A DNA stretch of 46,997 bases, taken from the IMG/VR virus record IMGVR_UViG_2693429779_000010. The stretch is one strand, 5' to 3'. Numbering within the stretch: position 1 is the stretch's first letter; every line of letters begins with the position of its first letter. The translations under genes were made by a program, and so were the position numbers. Under the pieces are notes generated by a model that saw nothing but the letters and a program-made list of their open reading frames with translations, made no database searches and was not told where the DNA came from. Of this stretch, positions 36,326 through 46,503 are shown one piece after another. The DNA is from a virus (taxonomy: Duplodnaviria; Heunggongvirae; Uroviricota; Caudoviricetes).

Positions 36326-39076
36326 ACTGGTCAGGCCACCCCGCAGCAGGTCTGCTTTGCGGCGGGCGCGTTCAGTGGTTTCACTGATTCTCTGTGCGTG
36401 CTCTGCGTCGCGGATGGCGCGCAGCATGTCAGAAAGCACGGTAACGGGTGTTTTCATGGTGTTCTGGTCCTGCTGAAGTGTGGATGCCAGGCGTGCGGCG
36501 GCTTCAGGGTCTGATGCCCCCAGCTGTGTCAGATAGCTGGCGACCGGGTTATGGCGGATCTCCGTGCTGCTTACGCCATGATTACGGCTCAGGCGCTGCC
36601 AGAGCTGCGTGATTCGGCTGTCCGGGCGGGTATCCGGTTTGCGTACAATTTCAAATCCCTGCGGTGCAATGATGCTGCCGTCAACGTACAGACTGCCGCC
36701 CCGTAACAGGTGCTGCATCTGTTGTTCACCGATATGCAGGCCGAGAGATTCAGCAGACTCCCGCCATTCTTTAGCGAGTAATTCGTGGTTATCAGGCAAA
36801 GGCCGCTGCTGTTTGCGGCTCTGTGTCCAGCTCTGCATTTCATCACTGCTGTTTTTTGCCTGTTTGTCACGAAGCGAACGCATCAGCGCCCGGCGTTCGT
36901 GCCGTTTCAGTGAGCGCATCCATTCATCCACATCAACGCCGTCAGGGAGCTGCGGCCACGGTGCTGGCCGTTCTTCCGGCTGTTCTGTCCCGTTGTTGTC
37001 CGTTTCCTGTACACGGGGACAGTTATTGCCACGAGTCCAAGGGGCGGCAGGGCCGCCCTGAAGGTCAAAACCATTTTCGCGGGCGCTGTCTTCCGCTTCC
37101 GGTTTGCGTCTTACCAGCTTCCAGTTATCCGGATGCGTGCACACACGGGAGGATTCCCCGATGAGTGGTGACCAGATCCCGTAAATCTGTACGCTCTGTT
37201 CGCCGTAATCGTTCAGCTCATCGGCGAGGTCGTAGGCGGTGCGAATCAGGTAGTCTTTGCGTGGAACAAGTACGCCGCCCTGTTTCTCTATGTAGGTGGC
37301 AAAACATCCGGCATCAGCGGCGGCAAGAACCGCATCCATTGCGTCATCCTTCAGCCGTTGCGGGCCTTCCGGGTTGCGTGCCATCTGGCTGGCAAGGCGG
37401 CGCAGTTCACGCCATACCTGGCGGGAGGGGATGCCAAAGAACTGGAACTGGCGGACCCGGTGAAGGCGCGCCCAGCCGATGGCGCGTTCCACGCTCTCGG
37501 CCATTGATTTTCCGGTTTCGTGGTCAACGCGTGGCTTGCCCGTTTTCGGGTCGATGCCATCCACGGCGCGGCTGTCCAGGTTTTTCCCGATGTAGGTGGC
37601 GATGTAGCTGGTTGGCGTGCCTTTTGAGCCGTCTACATACTCCGCCTTAAAGCGCGGAGTTATGTCATCGCCCAGCTCGTGACGATCTTCCTGAATGGCA
37701 ATATCGCGGGTGTGGGACACAATGGTGTCGATTTCTTCCGGATGAGCAAAGACCATCATATGCCAGTGCACGGTGCCGTCATGGTGAGGCTCCGCCGTGC
37801 GGATGCCATACCAGCGCAGGCCGTCGCGGTTCAGTTTTTTGCGGACCGTCGCAAAAAACGTGTTAACCAGGTAATCGCTGGAGTCGCGCATTGTGGCCCC
37901 GTTCCATTTGGGATTCGGATGACCGTTCTCCGTTGTGGCGTGGTATTTTGACGGGCAGGTGACAGTCAGAAACACCGCTTTGTCGCCACGGGCTTCGGCC
38001 AGAAGTTCCAGCCCCTTCATGGTGGCCATCATTTCTGCCTTACGGTGAACCGGGTTACTTACTCCCGCGTAATACACCGTCTCGAGATCAATCGTGAACC
38101 CGTCTTCATTTTCCAGCATGAAACTTTTCAGGAAATCGCGTGTTTTCTCGCGCTGTGCGCGAAACTCGCTTAACGCGTCCTGGCTCAGATAGGGCGATGT
38201 TTTTCTGGAAACCAGACAGGCGGCGCGAAGTTGTTCTTCTCTCCACTCGCAACGTAACAGCCACAGTTTGCGTTTCCACCATTCCGCACAGGTCAGGCGA
38301 AGGATTGCGCCCGGCAGCAGTTCTGTGTCCGGTTCGTGCCTCCGGTCTTTGTCTGTTGTCAGTGCGTCATAATGCGGAGGCATGGCGTGTAAGTGTAACG
38401 CCATGCGGGCCAGCATCTGATACGCCTTCAGCGTTACATCCATGGTCAGCTCGCCATCAGTCGCGCCAAAACCATCGCAGAGTTTTTCGAAGGTGCTGCT
38501 GAACATCGCCGCCGTCATGGTGGCCAGCGTCTGTATCTGGTGTTTGTTGAGTTGCGGCAGGTAAAGCAAATCGTCCAGGCGTTCACGTCCGGCAAGGGAG
38601 CGATAACCCGGTGTCAGCCAGTGTCCGTCAGTGCGATCCAGACGTTCGAATATTTTGCGCAGGGTTCCGCGTGCATAGCGTTCCGCCTGCCAGCTCTTTT
38701 TGCCTTTCCGGCGATCGGCTTCCTGTTTTTTGCGCAGGAAGGAGAGGTGGCGAATAAGCGGATCGCGCAGATAGGACGGCAGCAGGCGCAGCGAGGCCAT
38801 GGCTTCATCCACCGCGCCGCGTGCCTGTTTTCTGGCGTCTCCTGCCAGTGTGATGGTTTTGTCCTGTTTTTCCTGTGCGTCCAGGCTTTTATTAATCAGG
38901 TTGCCCAGTGGCGTGGCGGAGAACGCCGCATCAGCCATTTCCTGGCGGCGCTCGTTCTCTGCCCGGTGGGCATCCAGCCAGGAGGAAAGCGCGGATTCAG
39001 GAGCGGGGATCCCCGTTCCTTCACGCCCCACTGCGTGGCGCGGTTGTTGCCAGTCCCTGATGTACTCTGCCGTCAT
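36254..39076 (-). CDS. A: Replication initiation protein (P2 gpA-type rolling-circle endonuclease)
   Basis: 940-aa ORF with HUH-like motif TVHWHMMVF and nearby Tyr-rich region; located between early genes and the variable locus as in P2; longer than recalled P2 A (761 aa). Confidence 0.85.
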   Translation of the reverse strand: MTAEYIRDWQQPRHAVGREGTGIPAPESALSSWLDAHRAENERRQEMADAAFSATPLGNLINKSLDAQEKQDKTITLAGDARKQARGAVDEAMASLRLLPSYLRDPLIRHLSFLRKKQEADRRKGKKSWQAERYARGTLRKIFERLDRTDGHWLTPGYRSLAGRERLDDLLYLPQLNKHQIQTLATMTAAMFSSTFEKLCDGFGATDGELTMDVTLKAYQMLARMALHLHAMPPHYDALTTDKDRRHEPDTELLPGAILRLTCAEWWKRKLWLLRCEWREEQLRAACLVSRKTSPYLSQDALSEFRAQREKTRDFLKSFMLENEDGFTIDLETVYYAGVSNPVHRKAEMMATMKGLELLAEARGDKAVFLTVTCPSKYHATTENGHPNPKWNGATMRDSSDYLVNTFFATVRKKLNRDGLRWYGIRTAEPHHDGTVHWHMMVFAHPEEIDTIVSHTRDIAIQEDRHELGDDITPRFKAEYVDGSKGTPTSYIATYIGKNLDSRAVDGIDPKTGKPRVDHETGKSMAESVERAIGWARLHRVRQFQFFGIPSRQVWRELRRLASQMARNPEGPQRLKDDAMDAVLAAADAGCFATYIEKQGGVLVPRKDYLIRTAYDLADELNDYGEQSVQIYGIWSPLIGESSRVCTHPDNWKLVRRKPEAEDSARENGFDLQGGPAAPWTRGNNCPRVQETDNNGTEQPEERPAPWPQLPDGVDVDEWMRSLKRHERRALMRSLRDKQAKNSSDEMQSWTQSRKQQRPLPDNHELLAKEWRESAESLGLHIGEQQMQHLLRGGSLYVDGSIIAPQGFEIVRKPDTRPDSRITQLWQRLSRNHGVSSTEIRHNPVASYLTQLGASDPEAAARLASTLQQDQNTMKTPVTVLSDMLRAIRDAEHAQRISETTERARRKADLLRGGLTSGNKKQTETGLTNPVNEQKTRSDI

Positions 39077-39082
39077 AGTGAT

Positions 39083-39448
39083 TTACTTCGTCATGCCATT
39101 CAGGGTGTCGCGGCAGACTGTAGCCAGCCGCTGAATTTCCAGCACGGTGTCTTCTGTGTCGGCATGGCGATGTGTGATGCGGATGCTGTCGGCAATCACA
39201 TCGACGATTGCAGAGGATGGGCGCTGGTAAATGCCAATAACGGACGGGGTGCCACCTTCAATGCGGTAAAGCCTGTAATTTCCCTCGTGGCTGTCAATCA
39301 TGTAGCGACCATCAATAACAATCTTTCCGTCAGCGAGCTGCGGTACAGGCAGGGATTTCAGGTACATGTCATAACGATCACGCACGCGAGCGGCAAGATC
39401 ACGCTCTGTGTTGAGCAGGTATTCAAGAAAGTCGTTGGCGAGAATCAT
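39083..39448 (-). CDS. Hypothetical early-region protein (121 aa)
   Basis: AAGAGGA RBS; immediately upstream of A. Confidence 0.45.
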   Translation of the reverse strand: MILANDFLEYLLNTERDLAARVRDRYDMYLKSLPVPQLADGKIVIDGRYMIDSHEGNYRLYRIEGGTPSVIGIYQRPSSAIVDVIADSIRITHRHADTEDTVLEIQRLATVCRDTLNGMTK

Positions 39449-39589
39449 TGCGGCAATCCTCTTGTTACAGATGTGCGAAGGCCTCCCGCCGCAAGGTGCA
39501 GGAAAGGCCCGGAACAGGAATTAATGGAGTTTGTTTTGCTGCCGGATGAGCTGCTGAAGCCCGACGTGGTTTCCGGCAGTTGGAGGTGC

Positions 39590-39835
39590 TCATGCTCTGA
39601 TTTCCCTCAGTAGCTGGTTGAACATCTGGGTTAGTGGGTTGCTACACCCAAACGGCATCAGGTTTACCTGATAAGAAAAGCGACCGCCTGTTTTGCGCTC
39701 TTTTCTTGTGACTAAACCGCTGCGCCAGAGACGGCGTAGCTCCGCATTAATGGTTGTGGTTGGTGTATTCAGTGCTGCGGCGATTTCTCCACTGCTACAA
39801 CCCGGATTGGCAGCGATGTAGTCCAGAATGGTCAT
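39590..39835 (-). CDS. Small winged-helix-like DNA-binding protein (putative)
   Basis: 81 aa; ...SSGEIAAALNTPTTTINAELRRLWRSGLVTRKERKTGG... resembles an HTH/wing. Confidence 0.4.
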   Translation of the reverse strand: MTILDYIAANPGCSSGEIAAALNTPTTTINAELRRLWRSGLVTRKERKTGGRFSYQVNLMPFGCSNPLTQMFNQLLREIRA

Positions 39836-40035
39836 CTGCGTGACTCCTGTACCTGTCTGATAAGATTCACCTGCACCACGTTGGTGGCGCAGAAGTAAGT
39901 GCCGTCAGTGAGATAGATATGATGTGCATCCTTTTCTGAACGGTGTTTGTCGATTGTGGTAATCAGGCGTTCGTCAACTTCGTATTCACGTCCTCTGGAG
40001 GTGAAACGAACGACAGGAAAATGCTTAATTGCCAT
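39832..40035 (-). CDS. Hypothetical early protein (67 aa)
   Basis: Internal ATG 40033-40035 preceded by AGGAGG at 5-nt spacing. Confidence 0.45.
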   Translation of the reverse strand: MAIKHFPVVRFTSRGREYEVDERLITTIDKHRSEKDAHHIYLTDGTYFCATNVVQVNLIRQVQESRR

Positions 40036-40231
40036 TACGCCTCCTTGGCGTGTGCGAATACCTCCGCGAATGCGGATTGTTTTCACATTTTCTTATTTAA
40101 CCTGGGGTCTTATTTGCGCGGTTATTCTTCAGTGAAAAAGCGTTCAATCTTTTTTACTGAATTAATAATTCGCATAATCCCAATGGCGCAGACCACCGAA
40201 ATAATCAGAACAAGCCATGAAATAAATATAC

Positions 40232-40477
40232 TCATGCGATATTTCCCAGCTTATACGGTTCAATATGTTCCCCGCATTCTGCGGCACAGATCAGCTCGGA
40301 AAGTTCGTTAAGTGCATCCAGATCATCAGCGTAAAAAGCCACGTCATACAGACTTCGGATTGCTCTGGTCAATGAGTCACGGGCCGCACGTTCAGCATGA
40401 GCGCCTGATGCACTTAAGCGAAAATAAAAACGCTCAAGTGCTTTGTTAATGAGAGTTTTATATTCTTTGCCCATCAC
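40232..40477 (-). CDS. Hypothetical early protein (81 aa)
   Basis: ORF with AAAGGG upstream. Confidence 0.4.
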   Translation of the reverse strand: MMGKEYKTLINKALERFYFRLSASGAHAERAARDSLTRAIRSLYDVAFYADDLDALNELSELICAAECGEHIEPYKLGNIA

Positions 40478-40485
40478 AACGCCCT

Positions 40486-40773
40486 TTAATCTGCTTTCTG
40501 TATTTCAGCTTCTGAATCCATACAAATAATTTCGATATAGGGTTCATCGCCATTAACCTGGCGTGCCTTTTCATCTTCGCTGATGATTTCTCGTACGGTC
40601 TGGTACGGAAGTTCCACAAGCAGTCGCGTGCCGTTCAGATAAACGTAAGTGGCTTCGTCGGCTCCGTTTTTACCCGCCGGAGTCACTCCGTCAATAGCGG
40701 ATGCACGTAATAACAGTTCACCGCGAAAATCAATAAAACGGATAAATACACCTTGTGCATTGTCTTTGGTCAT
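40486..40773 (-). CDS. Hypothetical early protein (~95 aa)
   Basis: Internal ATG 40771-40773 chosen to remove overlap with upstream gene (AGGTG upstream). Confidence 0.4.
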   Translation of the reverse strand: MTKDNAQGVFIRFIDFRGELLLRASAIDGVTPAGKNGADEATYVYLNGTRLLVELPYQTVREIISEDEKARQVNGDEPYIEIICMDSEAEIQKAD

Positions 40774-40783
40774 AAAGCACCTG

Positions 40784-41122
40784 TTATAAATCAGCCTGTT
40801 TAATAAAACTTTGCCCGCGAAGCAGACGATCAACCGTGCGAAGTGCTTCGTATAATGTGAAATCCTGCCCGAACTGATTGTCGCCACAGCTCAGTGCAAA
40901 AATGCGGTTTCCGGTAAACGGATTGCGTGGGCATTTGTGGATCACGATTCCAGCTTTCTCAATCAGCCAGGCGTGCTCGCCGATTTGTTTTACTGGGTAG
41001 CCATCCGGCGTTGCGTGTGTATCACTCAGGCTGTAGCGGATGTTGCTGCGTGATGCACTGGTAGTGAAACGGTTAGCGTGGCGTTCTGTTCCGGTACAAA
41101 AATTACGGCGTTGCTTCAGCAT
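40784..41122 (-). CDS. Hypothetical early protein (112 aa)
   Basis: ORF in the early operon downstream of the cox-position gene. Confidence 0.4.
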   Translation of the reverse strand: MLKQRRNFCTGTERHANRFTTSASRSNIRYSLSDTHATPDGYPVKQIGEHAWLIEKAGIVIHKCPRNPFTGNRIFALSCGDNQFGQDFTLYEALRTVDRLLRGQSFIKQADL

Positions 41123-41136
41123 AAAATGACACCTCG

Positions 41137-41415
41137 TTATTTTGTCATCTGCACGTATTTCTCTGCGTTTCTGATGGTTTTCAGGAAAATTGCGAAGAGA
41201 TTTACTTTGCGTTTTGTGTTTCTTCCTTCTTGAGTAACGGGAATTACCGATCTATCAGCCTGCCTTCTTACAGCGAGAATGCTTTGATTTGTGCGTTTCG
41301 CATAATCCTCTAGGCTTTCTTCAAGTACCGGTAGCCCATGTTCATTACGGTATGGGTAGAACGCCGCCAAACGCTCAAAATCCGCTTGTTCGTATGTGTT
41401 AAGGACTTTTGCCAT
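41137..41415 (-). CDS. Cox/Apl-position small protein (putative excisionase/early regulator)
   Basis: 92 aa, divergent from the repressor gene as P2 cox is from C; only weak resemblance to recalled P2 Cox. Confidence 0.4.
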   Translation of the reverse strand: MAKVLNTYEQADFERLAAFYPYRNEHGLPVLEESLEDYAKRTNQSILAVRRQADRSVIPVTQEGRNTKRKVNLFAIFLKTIRNAEKYVQMTK

Positions 41416-41510
41416 GGTGTGATAACCTATTCAATCTGGTGCTATTTGTGGCTCTTTGTAGCGTCAAGTGGTACTCAACTGATAACCAATATAGTATTCA
41501 GGTGCACACC
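41416..41510. promoter_or_regulatory. Divergent early promoter/operator region between cox-position gene and repressor
   Basis: Direct repeats TGATAACC at 41420-41427 and 41480-41487 (60-bp spacing), AT-rich. Confidence 0.4.
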
Positions 41511-41822
41511 ATGTCAATAGAGATATCAAAGAAGCTAAAAGCAATTCGAGAATCTGAGGGGCTTAGTCAGGCAAAGTTCGCGGATTCAATAGGTATTGCG
41601 GTTGGTACGGTTAAGCAATACGAGACTGGTATTCGAGGTGTGGGAACGGAGGTTTTACTGAAAATCACAATGCACCCGGAATTTAAAAAATACACTACGT
41701 GGTTGATGAGTAACGAAACAAATGAGGCTGCTGGGCAGATCAGTCCTTCTCTCTCCCCTGATGGGCCAGAAAACACATCGTCTTCTCAAAAATCCCGCAA
41801 GACTGGCACACAGCCCGGCTAA
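41511..41822 (+). CDS. C: Immunity repressor (P2 C-type HTH protein)
   Basis: Internal ATG 41511 (AGGTG upstream); ~103 aa; HTH ...LSQAKFADSIGIAVGTVKQYETG...; directly upstream of int. Confidence 0.7.
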   Translation: MSIEISKKLKAIRESEGLSQAKFADSIGIAVGTVKQYETGIRGVGTEVLLKITMHPEFKKYTTWLMSNETNEAAGQISPSLSPDGPENTSSSQKSRKTGTQPG

Positions 41823-41871
41823 TCATGGAACGCTGGGGGCATGGTGGTCTTGTAACGCTGGGGCTTCACGA

Positions 41872-42849
41872 ATGAGCATAAAATCAATTCCGGGAGGGTA
41901 TCTTCTTGACATGCGTCCTGAGGGGCGTAAAGGCAAACGCATTCGCAAAAAATTTAAAACGAAATCGGATGCAGTTTTATATGAGCGGTGGGTGCTGGCG
42001 CAACAGCATAACAATGAGTGGAAAGGAAACTCCATTGATCGCCGTCCGCTGTCAGTGCTTATTGACTTGTGGTGGAAATACCACGGCCAGCTAATGAAGT
42101 CAGGGCATAACACGCGCCTTAAATTGCTGCGCTTGAGTGAGGCAATGGATGACCCGTGCGTGCATAAACTTAATACAACGATGCTCACCGAGCTACGTGT
42201 GTCCAGGATAGAGCAGGGGATACAGCCCAGCACCATAAATCGAGAGATTGGGGCGTTAAGCGCGATGTTTACCGCACTCATCTCATCCGGCCATTTTCTT
42301 AACGATAACCCCGTTCAAGGCCTTAAAGGAATGAAGGTTAACGAGCGTGAAATGGGATATCTGAGTAAGTCTGAATGTGTTCAGTTGCTGGATGCACTGG
42401 CTGAAAATCCCGATGAACGGCTGGCCGTCGAAATCCTTCTGTCGACCGGGGCGCGATGGGGCGAGGTAGCGGCACTGGAGCAGCGCCGTGTTCTTCATTG
42501 TCGAATCACTTTTTCAAAAACGAAGAACAGCAAAAACCGTACCGTTCCTATTTCTGAAAGCCTGTTTGAAAAGATCAAAAAACGGGGCGGGAAACTGGTG
42601 TTTCCGACGCTGGATTATTCATTGGTTCGCGATGTCATCAAAACGGTCGCACCTGATGTTCCTGACGGCCAGGCTGTTCATGCGCTGCGCCACACCTTCG
42701 CCAGTCATTTCATGATGAACGGCGGCAATATTCTGACGCTCCAGAAAATTCTGGGGCACGCAAAGATTCAGACAACGATGATTTATGCCCATCTTGCGCC
42801 GGATTACTTGCAGGATGCGGTGAGGTTTAATCCCTTGGGAGGAATGTAA
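41872..42849 (+). CDS. int: Tyrosine integrase
   Basis: Start at ATG 41872 after repressor stop; C-terminal catalytic signature ...HALRHTFASHFMMNGGNILTLQKILGHAKIQTTMIYAHL. Confidence 0.9.
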   Translation: MSIKSIPGGYLLDMRPEGRKGKRIRKKFKTKSDAVLYERWVLAQQHNNEWKGNSIDRRPLSVLIDLWWKYHGQLMKSGHNTRLKLLRLSEAMDDPCVHKLNTTMLTELRVSRIEQGIQPSTINREIGALSAMFTALISSGHFLNDNPVQGLKGMKVNEREMGYLSKSECVQLLDALAENPDERLAVEILLSTGARWGEVAALEQRRVLHCRITFSKTKNSKNRTVPISESLFEKIKKRGGKLVFPTLDYSLVRDVIKTVAPDVPDGQAVHALRHTFASHFMMNGGNILTLQKILGHAKIQTTMIYAHLAPDYLQDAVRFNPLGGM

Positions 42850-42851
42850 CT

Positions 42852-43352
42852 ATGGAAATAAAAAAACCTACAAAAAAAGAGTTATATGACTATTTACTAT
42901 CGAAATATATAGAAGATAAATGCAAAGAAGAAGCTGATGAAATCAATAAGAAGTCGATGAGTCGTGTCAAAAAACATAAAGAGCGGCTGATGGAGATTAC
43001 GCCAGAAATCTTCTTCCGTTTCTTGTCTGAGAAGGGGGTCTCCAGTGTCTGCCCTTCATGTGGATCGTCGCGATTATCTGTTCCAGAAAGTATGGATCTT
43101 TGCTGGGATAAAAATAAGAAACCAGAAAATTTTAACAATCTACCCCTGGAGGAACAGAGTGAGTTAATTAAAGAGAACATAAAGCATTATGTATCTTATG
43201 CTTTTTTGGGTGATGTTAAGAGCATACCTGATATGCGCAAAACTTATTACACGCTGCATTGCCTGAATTGTGGTTACCTGAGCCTTTATCGTACGTCTGC
43301 GGTGCTGAAGTGGTTGGAGAAAGACAAAGCGCAGGATGGTGATAATGGGTAA
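42852..43352 (+). CDS. AT-rich moron: zinc-ribbon protein of unknown function
   Basis: 166 aa, Lys/Glu-rich, CPSCGS and HCLNCGY motifs ~70 aa apart; markedly lower GC than neighbours; starts 3 nt after int stop. Confidence 0.55.
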   Translation: MEIKKPTKKELYDYLLSKYIEDKCKEEADEINKKSMSRVKKHKERLMEITPEIFFRFLSEKGVSSVCPSCGSSRLSVPESMDLCWDKNKKPENFNNLPLEEQSELIKENIKHYVSYAFLGDVKSIPDMRKTYYTLHCLNCGYLSLYRTSAVLKWLEKDKAQDGDNG

Positions 43353-43890
43353 TGTAGCAAGAAATCTTTTCGGTAATTCAGCAGGTAGTGTGTCGCATTC
43401 TGAGCGTGATGTGCTTTATCATGGTGGCGATGGCGGCAGTAGTGGAGGCGGAATGTCAGATAAACTTGAAAGGCGAATTGAGCGGCTCGAAGGTGATTTA
43501 TCGCTAACAAGAAACGACCTTGCGACGCTTGCTGAACGCACTACAAACCTCTCAACTAAAGCCGATGTTGGTGAGGTGAAAGGTGAACTCAAAGCAGACA
43601 TAGCACATCTGAAAGGTGATCTTGAATGCGATATTGCGAATCTGAAAGGTGAGCTTAAATCTGATACAGCTAACCTGAAAGAGCAGCTCAAATCAGACAT
43701 TAACAGCCTGAAGGGTGAGCTTACCGAAGCGATGGATAAACGCTTTGACAAGATTATGGATGAGATGAATCGGCGGTTTGACAAGGTTGATGATAATACG
43801 AAGTGGCGTTGGAGTGGCATTATTGTGCCAGTGTGCACAACCATTTTCACAGCGGCGGTTGCTGTATTTGTTGCTAAATTTGTTGGCTGA
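43336..43890 (+). CDS. AT-rich moron: coiled-coil repeat protein with C-terminal transmembrane anchor
   Basis: Gly/Ser-rich N-terminus, ~11-residue repeats (LKGELKADIAHLKGDLECDIANLKGELKSDTANLKEQLKSDINSLKGEL), C-terminal hydrophobic WSGIIVPVCTTIFTAAVAVFVAKFVG; overlaps upstream gene; start uncertain. Confidence 0.55.
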   Translation: MVIMGNVARNLFGNSAGSVSHSERDVLYHGGDGGSSGGGMSDKLERRIERLEGDLSLTRNDLATLAERTTNLSTKADVGEVKGELKADIAHLKGDLECDIANLKGELKSDTANLKEQLKSDINSLKGELTEAMDKRFDKIMDEMNRRFDKVDDNTKWRWSGIIVPVCTTIFTAAVAVFVAKFVG

Positions 43891-43999
43891 TGATCCACAA
43901 ATTGACCACATCTCTGTTATTTGTTGTGGTTGGCTGTGTTTTTGTGTGTCTGTAAGTCTTTGATAATTACCTAACTTATTGATTTTTGTTTGTGTTTAT

Positions 44000-44025
44000 G
44001 GCCGCTCTGCGGCCTTTTTTCTTTT
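44000..44025 (+). terminator. Rho-independent terminator upstream of btuC
   Basis: GGCCGC-tct-GCGGCC followed by TTTTTTCTTTT. Confidence 0.6.
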
Positions 44026-44082
44026 CACTGTCGAAGAGTCACCGTAAAATCAACGCCATGACACTTCAGCAGAACGGATACC

Positions 44083-45063
44083 ATGCTGACACTTGCCCGC
44101 CAACAACAGCGACAAAATATTCGCTGGTTATTATGCCTGTCAGTTTTGATGCTGCTGGCGCTTCTCTTAAGCCTTTGCGCCGGTGAACAATGGATTTCGC
44201 CAGGTGACTGGTTTACTCCTCGTGGCGAACTGTTCGTCTGGCAAATTCGCCTGCCACGTACGCTGGCTGTATTGCTGGTTGGTGCGGCGCTGGCTATATC
44301 CGGCGCTGTAATGCAGGCGTTGTTTGAAAATCCTCTGGCAGAACCTGGACTACTTGGCGTCTCTAACGGCGCAGGCGTGGGGCTTATCGCCGCGGTATTG
44401 CTTGGGCAAGGGCAACTCCCCAACTGGGCGCTAGGGCTGTGTGCGATTGCTGGCGCGCTTATCATCACTTTAATACTCTTACGTTTCGCCCGTCGTCATC
44501 TTTCGACCAGTCGGTTATTGCTGGCTGGCGTTGCATTAGGGATTATCTGTAGCGCACTAATGACGTGGGCTATCTACTTTTCCACCTCTGTTGATTTACG
44601 TCAGCTGATGTACTGGATGATGGGCGGTTTTGGCGGCGTAGACTGGCGGCAAAGCTGGCTGATGCTGGCATTGATCCCCGTGTTGTTGTGGATCTGTTGT
44701 CAGTCCAGGCCGATGAATATGTTAGCACTTGGCGAGATCTCGGCGCGGCAACTGGGTTTACCCCTGTGGTTCTGGCGCAATGTGCTGGTGGCAGCGACCG
44801 GCTGGATGGTTGGCGTCAGTGTGGCGCTGGCGGGTGCTATCGGCTTTATTGGTCTGGTGATCCCACATATTCTTCGGTTGTGTGGTTTAACCGATCATCG
44901 CGTATTACTTCCCGGCTGCGCGCTGGCAGGGGCGAGCGCAGTGCTGCTGGCCGATATTGTAGCGCGCCTGGCATTAGCTGCCGCAGAGCTGCCTATTGGC
45001 GTGGTCACCGCAACGTTGGGTGCGCCGGTGTTTATCTGGTTATTGTTAAAAGCAGGACGTTAG
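44083..45063 (+). CDS. btuC: Vitamin B12 ABC transporter permease
   Basis: 326 aa, [44 protein letters not shown]... matches recalled E. coli BtuC. Confidence 0.95.
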   Translation: MLTLARQQQRQNIRWLLCLSVLMLLALLLSLCAGEQWISPGDWFTPRGELFVWQIRLPRTLAVLLVGAALAISGAVMQALFENPLAEPGLLGVSNGAGVGLIAAVLLGQGQLPNWALGLCAIAGALIITLILLRFARRHLSTSRLLLAGVALGIICSALMTWAIYFSTSVDLRQLMYWMMGGFGGVDWRQSWLMLALIPVLLWICCQSRPMNMLALGEISARQLGLPLWFWRNVLVAATGWMVGVSVALAGAIGFIGLVIPHILRLCGLTDHRVLLPGCALAGASAVLLADIVARLALAAAELPIGVVTATLGAPVFIWLLLKAGR

Positions 45064-45125
45064 CCGCAAAAAGACGGTCTATGATTAAAAGCTAAGATTT
45101 TTACTGACCACACCCAGGAGAAACG

Positions 45126-45677
45126 ATGCAAGATTCCATTCTGACGACCGTAGTGAAAGATATCGACGGTGAAGTGACCACGCTGGAGAAGTACGCCGGT
45201 AATGTGCTGTTGATTGTCAATGTCGCCTCAAAGTGTGGCTTAACGCCGCAATATGAGCAGTTGGAGAATATTCAGAAAGCCTGGGCCGATCGAGGTTTTG
45301 TGGTGCTGGGATTCCCGTGCAACCAGTTTCTGGAACAAGAACCGGGCAGCGATGAAGAGATTAAAACTTACTGTACCACCACATGGGGGGTGACGTTCCC
45401 GATGTTCAGTAAGATTGAAGTTAACGGCGAAGGACGCCATCCGCTGTATCAAAAATTGATTGCCGCAGCGCCGACCGCAGTCGCGCCGGAAGAGAGCGGA
45501 TTCTATGCCCGTATGGTCAGCAAAGGTCGTGCACCGCTGTACCCTGATGATATTTTATGGAATTTTGAGAAATTTTTAGTTGGCAGGGACGGATTGGTCA
45601 TCCAGCGTTTTTCCCCGGATATGACGCCGGAAGACCCCATTGTGATGGAAAGCATTAAACTGGCGTTGGCAAAATAA
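45126..45677 (+). CDS. btuE: Glutathione peroxidase-family protein
   Basis: 183 aa between btuC and btuD; GPx motifs (NVASKCG, WNFEKFL). Confidence 0.9.
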
Positions 45678-46426
45678 TGTCTATTGTGATGCAGTTACAG
45701 GATGTTGCGGAATCTACCCGCCTGGGGCCACTTTCTGGCGAGGTTCGGGCTGGGGAGATCCTGCACCTGGTGGGGCCGAATGGCGCGGGTAAGAGTACCT
45801 TACTGGCACGAATGGCCGGAATGACCAGCGGTAAGGGAAGTATTCAGTTCGCGGGGCAACCACTGGAAGCATGGTCCGCAACAAAACTCGCGCTGCATCG
45901 CGCCTATCTTTCACAACAGCAGACGCCGCCGTTTGCAATGCCGGTCTGGCACTATCTGACACTGCATCAGCACGATAAAACGCGTACCGAACTACTGAAT
46001 GATGTCGCAGGGGCGCTGGCTCTTGATGACAAACTCGGACGTAGCACCAATCAACTTTCCGGCGGTGAATGGCAACGCGTACGTCTTGCTGCGGTGGTGC
46101 TGCAAATCACACCACAAGCCAATCCCGCAGGCCAATTGCTGCTTCTTGATGAGCCGATGAACAGTCTTGATGTTGCGCAACAAAGTGCGTTAGACAAAAT
46201 TCTGAGCGCTCTGTGTCAGCAAGGACTGGCGATTGTGATGAGCAGTCACGATCTCAACCACACATTGCGTCATGCGCATCGGGCGTGGTTGCTAAAAGGT
46301 GGAAAAATGCTGGCCAGTGGACGCAGAGAAGAGGTGCTCACGCCGCCAAATCTGGCGCAGGCCTATGGGATGAATTTTCGCCGTCTGGATATCGAAGGTC
46401 ACAGAATGCTGATTTCGACCATCTGA
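45677..46426 (+). CDS. btuD: Vitamin B12 ABC transporter ATP-binding protein
   Basis: 249 aa; Walker [13 protein letters not shown] signature LSGGEWQR, Walker B LLLDEP. Confidence 0.95.
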
Positions 46427-46503
46427 TTTCATTAGTATCTTGAAAATCGGGTAATTACGACGCTAAATTAATGCAAGAATAAAAAACAGAGGAACCGTAC
46501 GGA

